Shown: positions 37,553-49,551 of the stretch, piece after piece
Layout: each line of letters begins with the position of its first letter
Numbering within the stretch: position 1 is the stretch's first letter
Assembly (NCBI RefSeq): GCF_001447785.1
Contig: NW_015166423.1
Span: forward strand, 130,877-194,876
DNA: 64,000 nt
Direction: 5' to 3'
From: Gekko japonicus
Lineage: Eukaryota
The notes under the pieces: generated by a model
Told to the model about the DNA's origin: nothing
Databases searched by the model: none
Seen by the model: only the letters and a program-made list of their open reading frames with translations
Translations under genes and position numbers: made by a program

Positions 37553-39149
37553 GCCTGCAGTGGCGAGGAGGGCGGGATACAAATAAAACAAATACAATAA
37601 AATAAATAATAATAATGTTATTAAAGTTGCATCACAGAGTAAGTTGTCATTGCAGAAAGTTGCAGCCATCCACACAAAGCCCCCATACTGTTACTGTTTA
37701 TATGTTCTCTGTATCTACCGTGGTTTGTTTGTTTATTGGCTCTTTCTTGATTATTCCCTCTCCTCTCTCCCCTATCATTCACAAGTTCTGTATGAGACTG
37801 GGATTTCAAAGACGAAGTTGGGCGCCAACAGTGGTGTTGTGGCCATTAAGTTTATCTGGAAAAGTCCAGGTGGGCTGATAACATAGGTGGCCACTAACCC
37901 CTGCCGGTGCCACCCCAGCCCTAAGCCAGGGGCAGCCCTGTCCTCATATGAGGTAGGCAGGAGCTGCTGCAAGCTGGCAATCCTCTCCCCATGTGAGGCA
38001 GGTGGTAGCTGGCCACTCATGAGCTTCCAGCTTGAGGGCAGAGGATAACACACTGGGCCTAGCCATACCCCTTCATAGAGTGGGGAAGGAGATGCTTGGC
38101 CTGGCCAAGGCCTGTAGGGCAAAGGCGGCACCTGGCTGAGCCCTGCAGAGTGAAGGAAGGCTGTTTGGGTGGGCAGGCAAGTAGGCTCTTTCTCTCTGCT
38201 TTGGGGTGGGGGCTAAAGGCCTGGGGTAGGCCCGGGGTTAGGGCTTTTTCCCAGGGCCATTTCCCCTTCCCAGTCTACCCCTGGCTGTCATTGCAACATC
38301 TGCAAAACTCTGGATTCTTGTGCCAGCCTGAGGTTTCTTAGCATGCTGAGCTGTGGTGCTAGAATTCCTTGTCATCTCCTTTGAATTAACGTATTTATCC
38401 TTTGGGGCCAGCCTGAGGGTAATAGGGATTGATATGATTGATACTGGTGTCAATATAACTGATTTGACAGTTTCCACTGATTTCCCCTTCCTAATGCAGA
38501 CTTCCCCTTCATGTCATTCCTCAGGGTCTCCCATCCTGCAGGAGCAGCATTTCATGGACATCAGTGAGCTGTGTGGGAAAGAGGAGGCAGGAAAGCTGCA
38601 TTCTACCACTGGAAAATTTAGACTGTCACTAGATCCCAACCCAGTATCTGCTATTTACAAATGAAACACGTGTGGGAGGATTCGTTCATAAATTTCATTG
38701 TGTGCCATCTAATTTGATCCTCAATTACAACTGAAATGTTTAAAGAATCAGCTCTATAGCTTGTGACAGTAATCCCCCCCACACAGTATATTTATCTGCT
38801 GCCATATTTCTAACTTTTATAAAGAAGTTACGATCTTATTTTTCAAAGATTTGGCTGAGTGGGAAATACATTTAGCGTACACATTGCAGAAGCCAATTAG
38901 GATGATTTCTCAGGTGCATCTATTGTGTGAAGACACAACTCATCTTTTGTAGAAATGCCACTAAATTGCAAATCAAGCTTTAAAACTCACTTTTCTTATT
39001 GTGTTCAATTATGGCTCTTGCATAACCTTGCTACAACACCAAATTGATGTTTTGTTCAAATTTGGTTTAGTTTATTTAGTTCAGATTTGGTTCTGAAAAA
39101 GGTTTATTATTTCTGTTTTGTTAAAGAGACATCATGTAGAGAAGTAGAA

Positions 39150-40965
39150 ATTTATTCATTTGGAATATTTTTATGCTTCCTATTCAGAGTTCTGCTTGAT
39201 GTGGCTTACAGTGAAAAACCACAGGCCATAAAAACACAAGCCATTAGACATAAGCAACATAAAAACTGTCCATAAGGCAGAACATTAAAAAGCTGATAAC
39301 ATAAAATGCCTGGGTAAAAATTATGTTTCAACCTCGCATCTATAAGAAAGTAAAGCAGGTGCCAGGCAAGCCTCAGGGGTGAGGGCGTTCCAAAGGTTAG
39401 ATGCCACCACAGAAAATAACCTGTCTCTAGTTGCCACGTGCCCTATCTCTGAAGAGCACAGAGGGCAGGGCTTGAGAGTCACAGCTTAATTGGCAGGCTG
39501 GATAGGATGGGAGAAGATGGTCCTTCAGGTACCCTGGCCCCAAGCCATTTAGGACTTTCAAAGGAAGAACCAGCACTCTGAATTGGGTCCAGAAGCAGAT
39601 GGGTAGCCAGTGCAGATCTTTCAGGGCAGGGTTGATATAATCCCTGTAATGGACTCCTGACAATAGCCTGACCACCATGTTTTGGTCCAGTTGAAGTTTA
39701 AGAACCATTTTCAAAGGCAGCCCCATGAACAGCACATTACAGTAATCTACTTGGATGTGATCAGAGCATGGATCACTGTGGCCAGATTGTGCTTTTTGAG
39801 GAATGGCCAAAGCCGGTGAACCACAGCTGATAAAAGGCACCAAGTATCGTGGAGGAGACCTGAGCCTCCAATCATAGGCCTCCAAGCTATGATCCTGCTC
39901 CTTCAGGGGGAGTGCAACCCCCTCAAGAATAGGCTGGCTCCATAATCCCTGAGCAGCTTCTACACTGATCAACAGTATTGTCTGGATTGAGCTTTAGTTT
40001 ATTGGCCCTAATGTAGCCGGTAACCTTTTCCAAGCATCCCTTCAGGGCTTCCCACCTGCCTTAGTTGTTAGGGAGAAATAGAGCTGGGTGTCATCTGCAT
40101 ATTGGTGGCACCTCGCTCCAAAGCTGTGGATGACCTCTCCCAGCAGTTTCATGTAGATATTAAATAGCTTGGGGGATAAAATGGAACCCTGTGGAACCTC
40201 ATAACAGAGATGCCATGGGATGGACCATTTTAATTGTCCCTCCACTTTTGCATAAATTTCAAGTGTCCATGAGGCTAATCTCACCAGATAATGGTCCACG
40301 GTAAGGGTGGAGTGGAAAATACCCTGTTATCAAACCATATACCTTATCCACCAAATCAAGTGTATGACCTGCTGTATGTGTAGGTACCAGAATGTTCTGG
40401 GACAGTCCATGGTTGTCATGGCAACCATGGAGTCCTGAGCTGTTCCTGTTAAGGCAGCCTCAGCATGACCATTGAAGTTCCCAAGGTCAGAAAATCTCAG
40501 TGTCCTCAGCAGGGCTAGTCTGGCATGGGAGTGAAGAGGGTAATTTCATTGATGGCTTCAGAGAGACAGGCATTCCAGTCCTCTACCAGTGTATCGAGTG
40601 AGTCGCCAGGGGGCATCGGATCCCACAGAGCATTCTGGAAACCAATTGGATCCATCAGTCTCTGCGGGCAAGCATAAATCCTCTCTTCACCTATGCAGGG
40701 AGGGGCTGGGACACTCAGATTAGCCTTCAGAACAAAGTGGTCTGACCATGGCACTGCTTCTATGGTATCCAGATCCACATTTATCTCCATTCCAACGATC
40801 AAATCTAGCGTGTGACCCACTTGATGCATGGGAGCTGATACAATTTGAGAGAGTCCCAGCACTGTCATGGAATGCACTATGTCCATAGCCTGTAAGTAGA
40901 CGGCCTCGTCAGCATGGACATTGAAGACCCCTGGAACTAAAAGTTTTGGGAACTCCAACCCACCA
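39150..40965 (-). mobile_element. Composite L2 remnants: RT/3' end (39150-40300) and two endonuclease fragments (40320-40500, 40515-40965)
   Basis: [43 protein letters not shown]; GVFNVHAD, GHTLDL, WSDHF. Confidence 0.9.
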
Positions 40966-41224
40966 GCCCACTTCAGCCTCCAACAGGCTCAACAAGGTAT
41001 CCATAGTGGCACCTCTCAATCCTCAAAGGGATATCAGGCACATGATAAAATACACACACACAGCCAGCAGCAGCTGCTGCTGCTGCTGGAGGATTCAAGA
41101 TGCTAAAAATCTGTCTGGGAGGCTTGGCAGTGCCACCCACCAGATGAACACAATCACTCTTGGGCACTTTGTAGTCTGCTCTCAGTCCTCTCATCTGTAA
41201 CTATCATTCTTATGCTGATATATC

Positions 41225-41477
41225 CAAGAAGGAGCATATGGAGCAGAGCTCCATCGGTGGCTATTAGCCACAAGGTATAGATAGGGACTCTGGGGCACAT
41301 GATGCTCTGTATTCTTGGTGCTGGGGGCAACAGTGGAGGGCTTCTAGTGTCCTGGCCCCACTGCTGGACCTCCTGATGGCACCTGGTATTTTTGGACACA
41401 GTGTTACAGAATGTAGGACTGGATGGGCCATTGGCCTGATCCAACATTGGCTTCTCTTATGTTCTTATGTTCTTAAG
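41225..41477 (+). mobile_element. CR1 3'UTR fragment, same family as the CR1 at 55206-57143
   Basis: ggactggatgggccattggcctgatccaacat hairpin and (cttatgtt)n tail. Confidence 0.88.
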
Positions 41478-43259
41478 GGGAGAACAGGAATTGCTGAGCT
41501 ACAATACCAGTGAGGATACCTTGTGCCCTTGCCATCACAGTGATGTTCCTGCCACTATAGTCCTATGCACCCCAGAGCCCAAAGGTCTAGAGCCCTTTGT
41601 CTCTTGCACTTTGGCTTGGCGAGTTGGCTTGTTTAAAAAGGCACTACCTGTTAACAGAGGGAGGCAGTAACTCCCAGGAGATTTTCTAGCTGGCCCAGGT
41701 GTTCTTTCTTGCAGCTGTCCCATTGTACTCCTCATAACCTATTCCACTTCTTAAAACAGTGGTCTTCAATCCATGGATTGGACTGTCAGCTATGTCACAG
41801 AGCTACACCTGTTGAGTCATGAGCCCCTGATAAGCCACCATACTTTTTGCTGCTTTGGGAATGACAAAACAACCCTTTGATCCTAGTTAGGCTGAAAATT
41901 GGTGATTGCAGTGGAATGCAACAAAACCAACTTGCTGTCATCTTTGCAGGGTACTATATTTGAGCTATTTATCCACCCAAGGTTTAGCACAGGTTCTCAA
42001 CAAAATTCTAACTAGCCCCTGCGCCAGCTAGGGATGTTGAGTATGTTTCAGTAAACATGTTCAGCAGGCATACACAACAAGCATATGCAACATATATATA
42101 CCATATGCAACAACCACAGTAACTTATGAACTGAACCTCAAATCTCATTAGTTAACTACCACCTGACTTGGACATCATAATAAACTGCTTTGCGACTGTG
42201 TAGTAGCTGTAGTTGTACTCCTATCCAACAGATAATTTGAGGCTCCAGAATGAAATGGAAGGTAGATAATCAAGAATTTTTAAGACACAGGGCTGGAAAT
42301 TTTATTTATATATTTATTTCAGTTATACTCTGCTTTTCTCACCAGTGGATACCCAAAGTACCTTACAATATTTTCCCCGTCTTCTGTTTTAACCTTAAAA
42401 CAACCTTGTGAGATGGGTTAGGCTGAGAGTGTGTGATTGACCCATAGTCATCAAGCAAGTTTCTAAGCTAGAGTGAAGATTTGTATCTGGGCCTCCAAGA
42501 CCCTAGTCTGACACTTCAACTACTACACCCCTCTAGCTCTGTAATGAGGTTGCAAATGAGGTTGAAATGAGAAAAACCCAATGGCACTGGTAAGGAAACC
42601 ATATAAATAAGCTTAACATAAAAAGAACTAAAAAGAATCAGACTTGAAATATAGCTACCATCATTAAAATTATCTTGTTCATTGAAGAGACATTTATTTA
42701 TACTGAACTTGGTATGGTACTGAAAATTTTTCATCAACTACAGTTGGTGTTCTTGAAATATGACGAAGGTGGACCACAACTTGTGCATATTTAAAGTTAC
42801 ACCATCCTACATTTTGCAATTATCATTCCAAGAGGAAGGCCATATCACATATAGAAACTGTAATATGTTTAGTCAGTGCCTAAACTGATTTGAGAAGAGC
42901 TGACATTTGAATTTTCAGATGATTGTTTAAATTTACTGTCATTTTCTTTTTTTCTAATTGCTGTGTATGGGATAAGATAAGGTGAAATGAGCTCTCTGAA
43001 AGTAATAGTGATCTTTATCCTACATTCTGGTTCTGCCAGAAGATGAAGGCTAATTTAAAAATAAGCAATATTTGGAAATTGGGTACAGAGCTCATGGTTA
43101 TTTCAGGATATGAAGAGGATAATAGAAGAAATTCTTAGTATAAAGTATACAGCATCTTCCTTCTTGATATTAGCAAGATGAATATACAAGCAAGGACTTG
43201 CGAGAAACTTGTGGGATCAACCATCCCATTCACCCACTCTTCATTTTCTCCCCTCTACC

Positions 43260-43775
43260 TAGGGATCCCAGCCTCCAGGTGGGGCCTGGGGATCTCCCGC
43301 TTTTATAACTGATCTCCAGCTGACAGAGATCTGCTCCCCTGGAGAAAATGGCTGCTCTGAAAGGTGGACTCTATGGCATGTTACCATGCTGAGGCCCCTC
43401 CCCTCCCCTTCCCAAACCCCACCCCCTCCTGGATCCACCCCCAAAGTCTCCAGGTATTTTCCAGCCCAGACCTGGCAACCCTACACCCCCAGAATTACAG
43501 CTCGTCTTAGGGTTGCCAAATCGGGCCGGGGGGCGGGGAACCCCCCGCTTCCGCGGCCCGATTTCCGCCGCAGGGGAATTCCGGCCTGGGGGGAACCTCG
43601 CCCCCCAAGCTGCGTCATGGTTTTCCCCTCCGACGAGCTCAGCCACGCCCCCAACGTCAGCACGTCACCCGTCACTTCCGGCGACGTGCTGCCGGTGCGC
43701 GCGCGCACGTCCGGCCGACTCCCGGACCGCGGCGACGCTCCTCCGCCGCGGGGGGAAGAAGATTTGGCAACCCTA
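43260..43775. mobile_element. Two adjacent TAGGGTTGCCA-family hAT MITEs (43260-43483; CpG-rich 43508-43775)
   Basis: TIR pairs tagggatccca/tggcaacccta and tagggttgccaaatc/gatttggcaacccta. Confidence 0.88.
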
Positions 43776-46700
43776 GAATATGAGCAGAAGTATTCCTTCT
43801 AGGAGAATACCAGTGGGTATCTTCAGGATTTCTGGTTTGGGGAATAACTGGTTGTGTGACTGGAAATACAGTTTTAAACTGCTACAGTGCCTGCAAATGA
43901 ACTGTGGAGTAGGAGAAGGGTTAACACTTTTTTGCACTGTGTTCATGCATTTTAAGATATATAAACATCTAACTAAAATGTTTTCAAGAGCTTCAGACTG
44001 TGAACTGAAAATCTTGTATCTTTGTAGAAAAGGATCACTAGAGGTCTGTGGGTTGTTCAGTTTGAAAGCCAATGTGGTTACTTAAGAAAGACTAAAGAGC
44101 CAACACAATAAAACAGCTTCTTTGTTCTAGTCAGATGGCTTTTGTGTCGTTCAGCCTTGGGGATTTCTCAATGTAGGTAACATATTTAGGTAAACTTTCC
44201 CTTCCTTCAGCAGCCAGTGTAGGGGCAGACAGGAACATTGATTGTATCCAGCAAACAATCAGCAGAGCAAAGCTTGTGGAACAGGACTCTCCCACTTCCC
44301 TCTTCAAACCTCAGTCCCCCAATGCTGCTTCTGGAGATTGGTGTACCCACAAGAACAGCATGCAACAGGAACTGCGGGTATGCAGCGGAAGGAGGAATGA
44401 GTAGAACCTAGCCCCTTTCCCCATTGTGAGATGTGCCCTTCCATGGGTAGAAAAGCATGGTTCAGTACAACCCATAGTGAGCATGGACAATTTATGTAAA
44501 TTATGGTTGGGTTTACACTTCCTCTTATTTTCCATTCACCTGGGCTGCTTGAGGTGCCTGGGTAGAGGAAGCAGCCAGATTTTGCAAGCTAATCATAGTT
44601 GCAAACTGATGGTAGTTGTACAATTAGTAATGGTAGTTGTAAAATTAGTTATATGTAAGGGTTTCTTGCAACAAATATGTAAAGTGTTGCTGCTATACAT
44701 AGTATTTGAGTACATGTTCACAGGTGTGAAAACCTGTGACTATTGAAGCCACAGCAGGTCATTCCCAAATGGGTCCCAATAGTAACGGGAAAGAGATAGA
44801 AATGAGGTGGTGCAGATAAGAACAGGAAGAGGTAGGTAGAGTCTCCAGAAAGGGCTTCAATAGCTCATTGGGTTTGTATTTTGATATTTCATAACTGTAC
44901 TATTTTCAGTTTCCTCCAGTGTGTGTATTTATTTTATAATGTTAATAAATATAATGGGACAGGCTGTCTGTGTCAGCTCTATCTGCCTGCCACTTGGAGG
45001 CAAAATCAAATGGGAGTTTATAAGCAGTGAAACTATTTTTGCCTATTAATGTCCATTAGTGTGAGCTGAGAAGCAAATAGAAGTAATATTAGTTTGTCAT
45101 CTCATCCATACTGACTACAACAGCTCAAATAAACAGAGACAGGAAAACAGAGTTCCTTAAAGAAAATACTAAAAACAGCATCCTCCACTTATTTTACTGA
45201 CCTATGGGGAAAATCCATGTCTTTTATGTGTAGCTTTTATGTGGGAGAGATATCAGCAGTTATTACAATGTTTAATAGAGCCCAGCACATTTATTTACAA
45301 ATAGAAATTTAGCATTGTGAGTATATCTTTTTCTGTAATATATTTGAATTCTAAGGCTATATGAGTCCCCTCCTCATCTAGTTCCACTGTGAACTTTACT
45401 TGCAAATGTTCTTCTGTCAAACTGTTATATTGTCTTTGAGTCCCATGATATCTCTTATTTGGGCCCAAATGCTGAGTTGTCAGGGCAGTTTGTTTATCTT
45501 TTCTATATGCTAATCTCATTTTGAAGAGGAATTTTCAGTTTCCCAGAAATATTTAACGTAGCTAGCAGAAAGATCTCATAGTTATACTTTTATAGTGGTC
45601 AACAACATACATTCATATATTTTTAAAAAAAGATGGCACAATTATGCCCTAAAATTAAAAGTAATGTACAATGTAATAGCATTCCACATGCAATAGAAAT
45701 AAGAACTGCCTATTAGTGTTTCCTTTTTGTCAGCTGTCATACATTTCATGATTAACTTGACAGAAGCAAGGGGCTAGGAGGAATTGCAAGAGGATGAGAA
45801 TAAACAAGTAGGCAATATCCACCCTTGATTCCCTCCAGTGTTTGTGTGTGTTTGGTGGGGTAGTACAGGGGAGGATAAAAACATGCACACTTTCACACAT
45901 GTTCAGATCTCCCTACCTAGGATTTATTAAGCTTTCAGGGGCTGGATCAGAATAATTTCCCCATCTCCTTCTGGTTACATCCCTTTAACTGACTCACCTG
46001 CATTCAGCACACTATGCCTTCTAGAGCATGTCCATTCCTAATGAAGCTTCACTTTATTATTATTTTTTTCTTTACAATTTACAAACTAGAGACAATATTA
46101 AAAACATGTAGAAATTCCTGCCTTGTATGCAGGTGTCTTGTTCAGGATGCTTTCCTGATAGGCATGAGCTATCATTTTGATTATTAGGTAAAGTAGCATG
46201 CAGCATCTTATGTAGTACTGTCTTCTTGACTTTCCAATCTTACTTGAAGACAATTCCATTAAAATGTCTAGGATTAATGATAAATTCAATATTAAATTTA
46301 TGAATTGTGCATTTATTAGATGAGTTCTGATAGCTTTACAATATAAACATTAGACTGTAGTTCCAAGCACTATAACTCCTTTACTAATATCTTGAGTGCC
46401 CCTCTTCCCTCAACTGAAATGAATTAAAAAGTAATTATCTTGTTACACTAAGGTAAAATTATTTTCCACTAATAAAATGTTTTAAAAGTGGATTCAGGCA
46501 AATATGACTCCTCCCCTGTTGTTGGAAATTGGTCACTAACACAAGGTTCCCCCCATTCAATCCCAAAGTAAAATTCCACTTGATTTTAGGGTATCCAAAA
46601 GACAGATGTAACATATGTTTTAAAGATGTGAATTATTTGAGCTTTGAGAGGATTTCATTTCCCCCCAAATACAATATAACAGATGTTTAACAACTCACAA

Positions 46701-47944
46701 ATTCTAATAGTGCTGTTTGATTGAGGTGAGCAGGAAAATGTAAAATCTGGTAAGCAGTAGCACATGATGAGAGTTTATAGTAGTCCTGTAAGTGTATCTC
46801 CACTTGACAGGCCATTTATCATACCTGCTACCTGAAACAGAATGCTATTTGCAAGGACAGCTTAATCATCCAAAATAGGCCACAGATATTTTGTTCATGA
46901 TACATCTGGGCTCTTCCAGGCTCATATTTTTCAGGGGGGAAAACTCAGCTGGACTAAGAAACTGTTGAAAACAGACTGGTATATTACCATCTAGAACTTG
47001 CTCCTTCACAAAGAATTTGTGTCCAGTGCCTTCTGTCGCTTCCTTTAGAATTAAGTTTAACATTTCTCATTTAGTCTAAGTTCCCAATATGCTTCTTGTC
47101 TGTCCTTTACTATTTATGGGTCTGAAGAAGGACTTAAGAGAAGGAGGAATGCTTTTGAAATAACTTTATGCCGAACAAGTTCTCAAACTACCAGTTCCCT
47201 AAAACTATTAAATATAAGAGGGAAATAGCCAAATTACAAATTCTTTCTCTACTCAGGCTGCAGCTAAAGTAGTCTGAGTGTAACAGCCATCTGTTTTAGG
47301 TCTGAAAAAATTGAATAAATGTTCTTGGAAGCATCTGTTCTGACCATGATAAGGTACTGATAGAAGAAAGCAAAGTGAACTACCTCTGTATCAGAAGAGA
47401 AGGCTGCCCTAGCTTTTAATTTAGTGACCCAGAAAATTCTCTGTTGTGTTGGTGTGACCCAAGGGTATATGCATTAAAATTAATCTGTGGCAGACAGTGT
47501 GTATTAGCATGATATTTGATGCCCTGCCATATTGGGTTTATGGCCTACATTTTTCATGCTGACTTTGATCCTTTTTTGGGAGGGCAGAGTTCAGTGCTAG
47601 GAATAACATCCTGTGAGGAAAATGGAAATTTTTGGCATAAATTGTTCAAACACAGAAATTCTGTTTGTTTTTTTCCATTGCTGTGAGAGTGAAATTTCTT
47701 CAAATACAGTGAAGGCATCACTTCATTTCTGAAGAGTTTTTCCTCCAAGAAATATATGAATTAAAAAACTGGGCCTTTCTGAAAATAATAAGGAATTAAT
47801 CAAAACTGTCTTCAGTTTTGCCTTGATACACCTTGAGGACATCACACTACCAAGGCCCTGAAGATGGGAAACTAATCTGAATTGTGGAATAACTTTCTTG
47901 TAGAAAGATCACAGATGGGTTGAAACATTACTAGAATGGGCATG

Positions 47945-48430
47945 TAAAAGAAATGCCATGTGGGATCAGACTAATGGTCCATCTAGTTCAGCATCCTGTA
48001 TCCCACAGTGACCAGCCAGATGACTCCAGAAGGTTTGATCTTCCTTTAAAGCCAACTAAACTACTATTCATCACAACATCATGTAACAGTGAATCATCCA
48101 AATTAATTAATCATAAAGTAATTTCTTCCTTTTGTCTGACTTTAATCCCTGCCCATCAATTTCATTGGCTGTCTACAAGTTCTAGTATTATAGAAGAGGG
48201 AGCAGCAGCTTTCTTTATCAGTTTTCTGAACATCATGCATATTTTTTATAAACTTCTGTCATGACCTATTTTAGTCATCTGGTCACTGAGCTAAAAATCA
48301 CAAATTCCTTAGTTTTTATCATATAGATAATTCTCCATTCCTTTTATCATACTCTTTGCCCTTTTCTGCACTTTTATTCAGTGCTTCAGTATCATTTTTG
48401 AGGAACAATGTACACATGTACAACAGAGGT
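47945..48430 (-). mobile_element. Old CR1 3' fragment
   Basis: ggatcagactaatggtccatctagttcagcatcctgt 3'UTR and decayed ORF2 end resembling 55206-55860. Confidence 0.7.
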
Positions 48431-48551
48431 TTACACAGGAAACAAATGTGTAATTTCTAGCTATTTTGAAGCCATGGGGGCATGTATTTATTTATTTATT
48501 ATTCAAATGTATACCCCGCCCTCCCCGTCAAAGCAGGCTCAGAGTATTTCA

Positions 48552-49160
48552 GGGCACGACCACATGCACAATTAGCCTCGCCATAGGCACAAATGCCAGG
48601 CAGATTTAAAGGGCACGATCAGACACGAAGATCTGGGAAGCGCCCCGCACCGGTTGGGAACCCGTTTTGCTCCGCCACAGGAGTGGAGTAAAAAGACACC
48701 GGGGAAAGTCCGATAGCAAATGGGTTGCGATGGGCCACGGACAGAGTTTCCCATGTCTAATCGCTCCAGTGTGCTCTCATGGCATCGGGATGGTCTGATC
48801 AGGCCATCCTGATTCCGTGCTATTGTTTCCCCCCCCTTCTCAGTATGCGCATTATCGTAAACTCCATAGGGAGCCCTCAGTGCGGAGATGTGATTCATCA
48901 ATTCCTTGTTTAAGTGCACTGAAAACAAACAGCAAAAAAAAAATGCCCGACTCACTACTGAAGAAACAAACAGCAAAAAAAAAAAGCCCGACTGAACTAC
49001 TGACCTTCCACAGCCTGCAGTTGCGTCTGATCACGCAGTGGCAGGCAGTGCCCGCAGCTTCCAAGGACTGTGTGATCGTGCAACTGCAGGTCAAATTCCT
49101 CCAGAGGAAATAGCCTCGTTCCCACCACCACCACTTTATCTCATGTGTGGGACCGACCCC
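48552..49160. mobile_element. PIF/Harbinger-type MITE; second copy at 50846-51373; related element at ~50369-50776
   Basis: Imperfect TIRs gggcacgaccaca / tgtgggaccgacccc; 3-bp flanks TCA (copy 1) and AAA (copy 2); the two copies align over >500 bp. Confidence 0.75.
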
Positions 49161-49387
49161 TCAGAGTTTATTTGATTTTCAGGAAAAATGGAAATACATG
49201 CAATACCTACTTAAAAAAAATCAAACCAAAACATATTTTACTGTTTAAAAACATAAAATGCATCATTCTTAATTTGTTAGAATATATAGTTGGATCNNNN
49301 NNNNNNNNNNTTCCTGCTGTTTGAAAAGGAGGGGTTCCATTTAAACATTTAAAAGGGGGGGCTATGTTGAGTCTTGCATGTACAAAA

Positions 49388-49551
49388 GTTACACAGCAGA
49401 AGGAACAAGATGGATTGGATAAGTGTAAAAACTGGCTGGATCCAACTCATAAAATTTTACTTTTTGGCATGTTACATGGCAGAAGGAACAAGAGGGATTG
49501 GTAGGTGAAAAAACTGGCTGGATCCAATTCGTAAAATTTTACGTTTTGGCA
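49388..49551. repeat. ~82-bp x2 tandem duplication; a smaller ~42-bp x2 duplication lies at ~31616-31697
   Basis: gttaca..gcagaaggaacaaga...aaaattttac.ttttggcat occurs twice. Confidence 0.88.
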
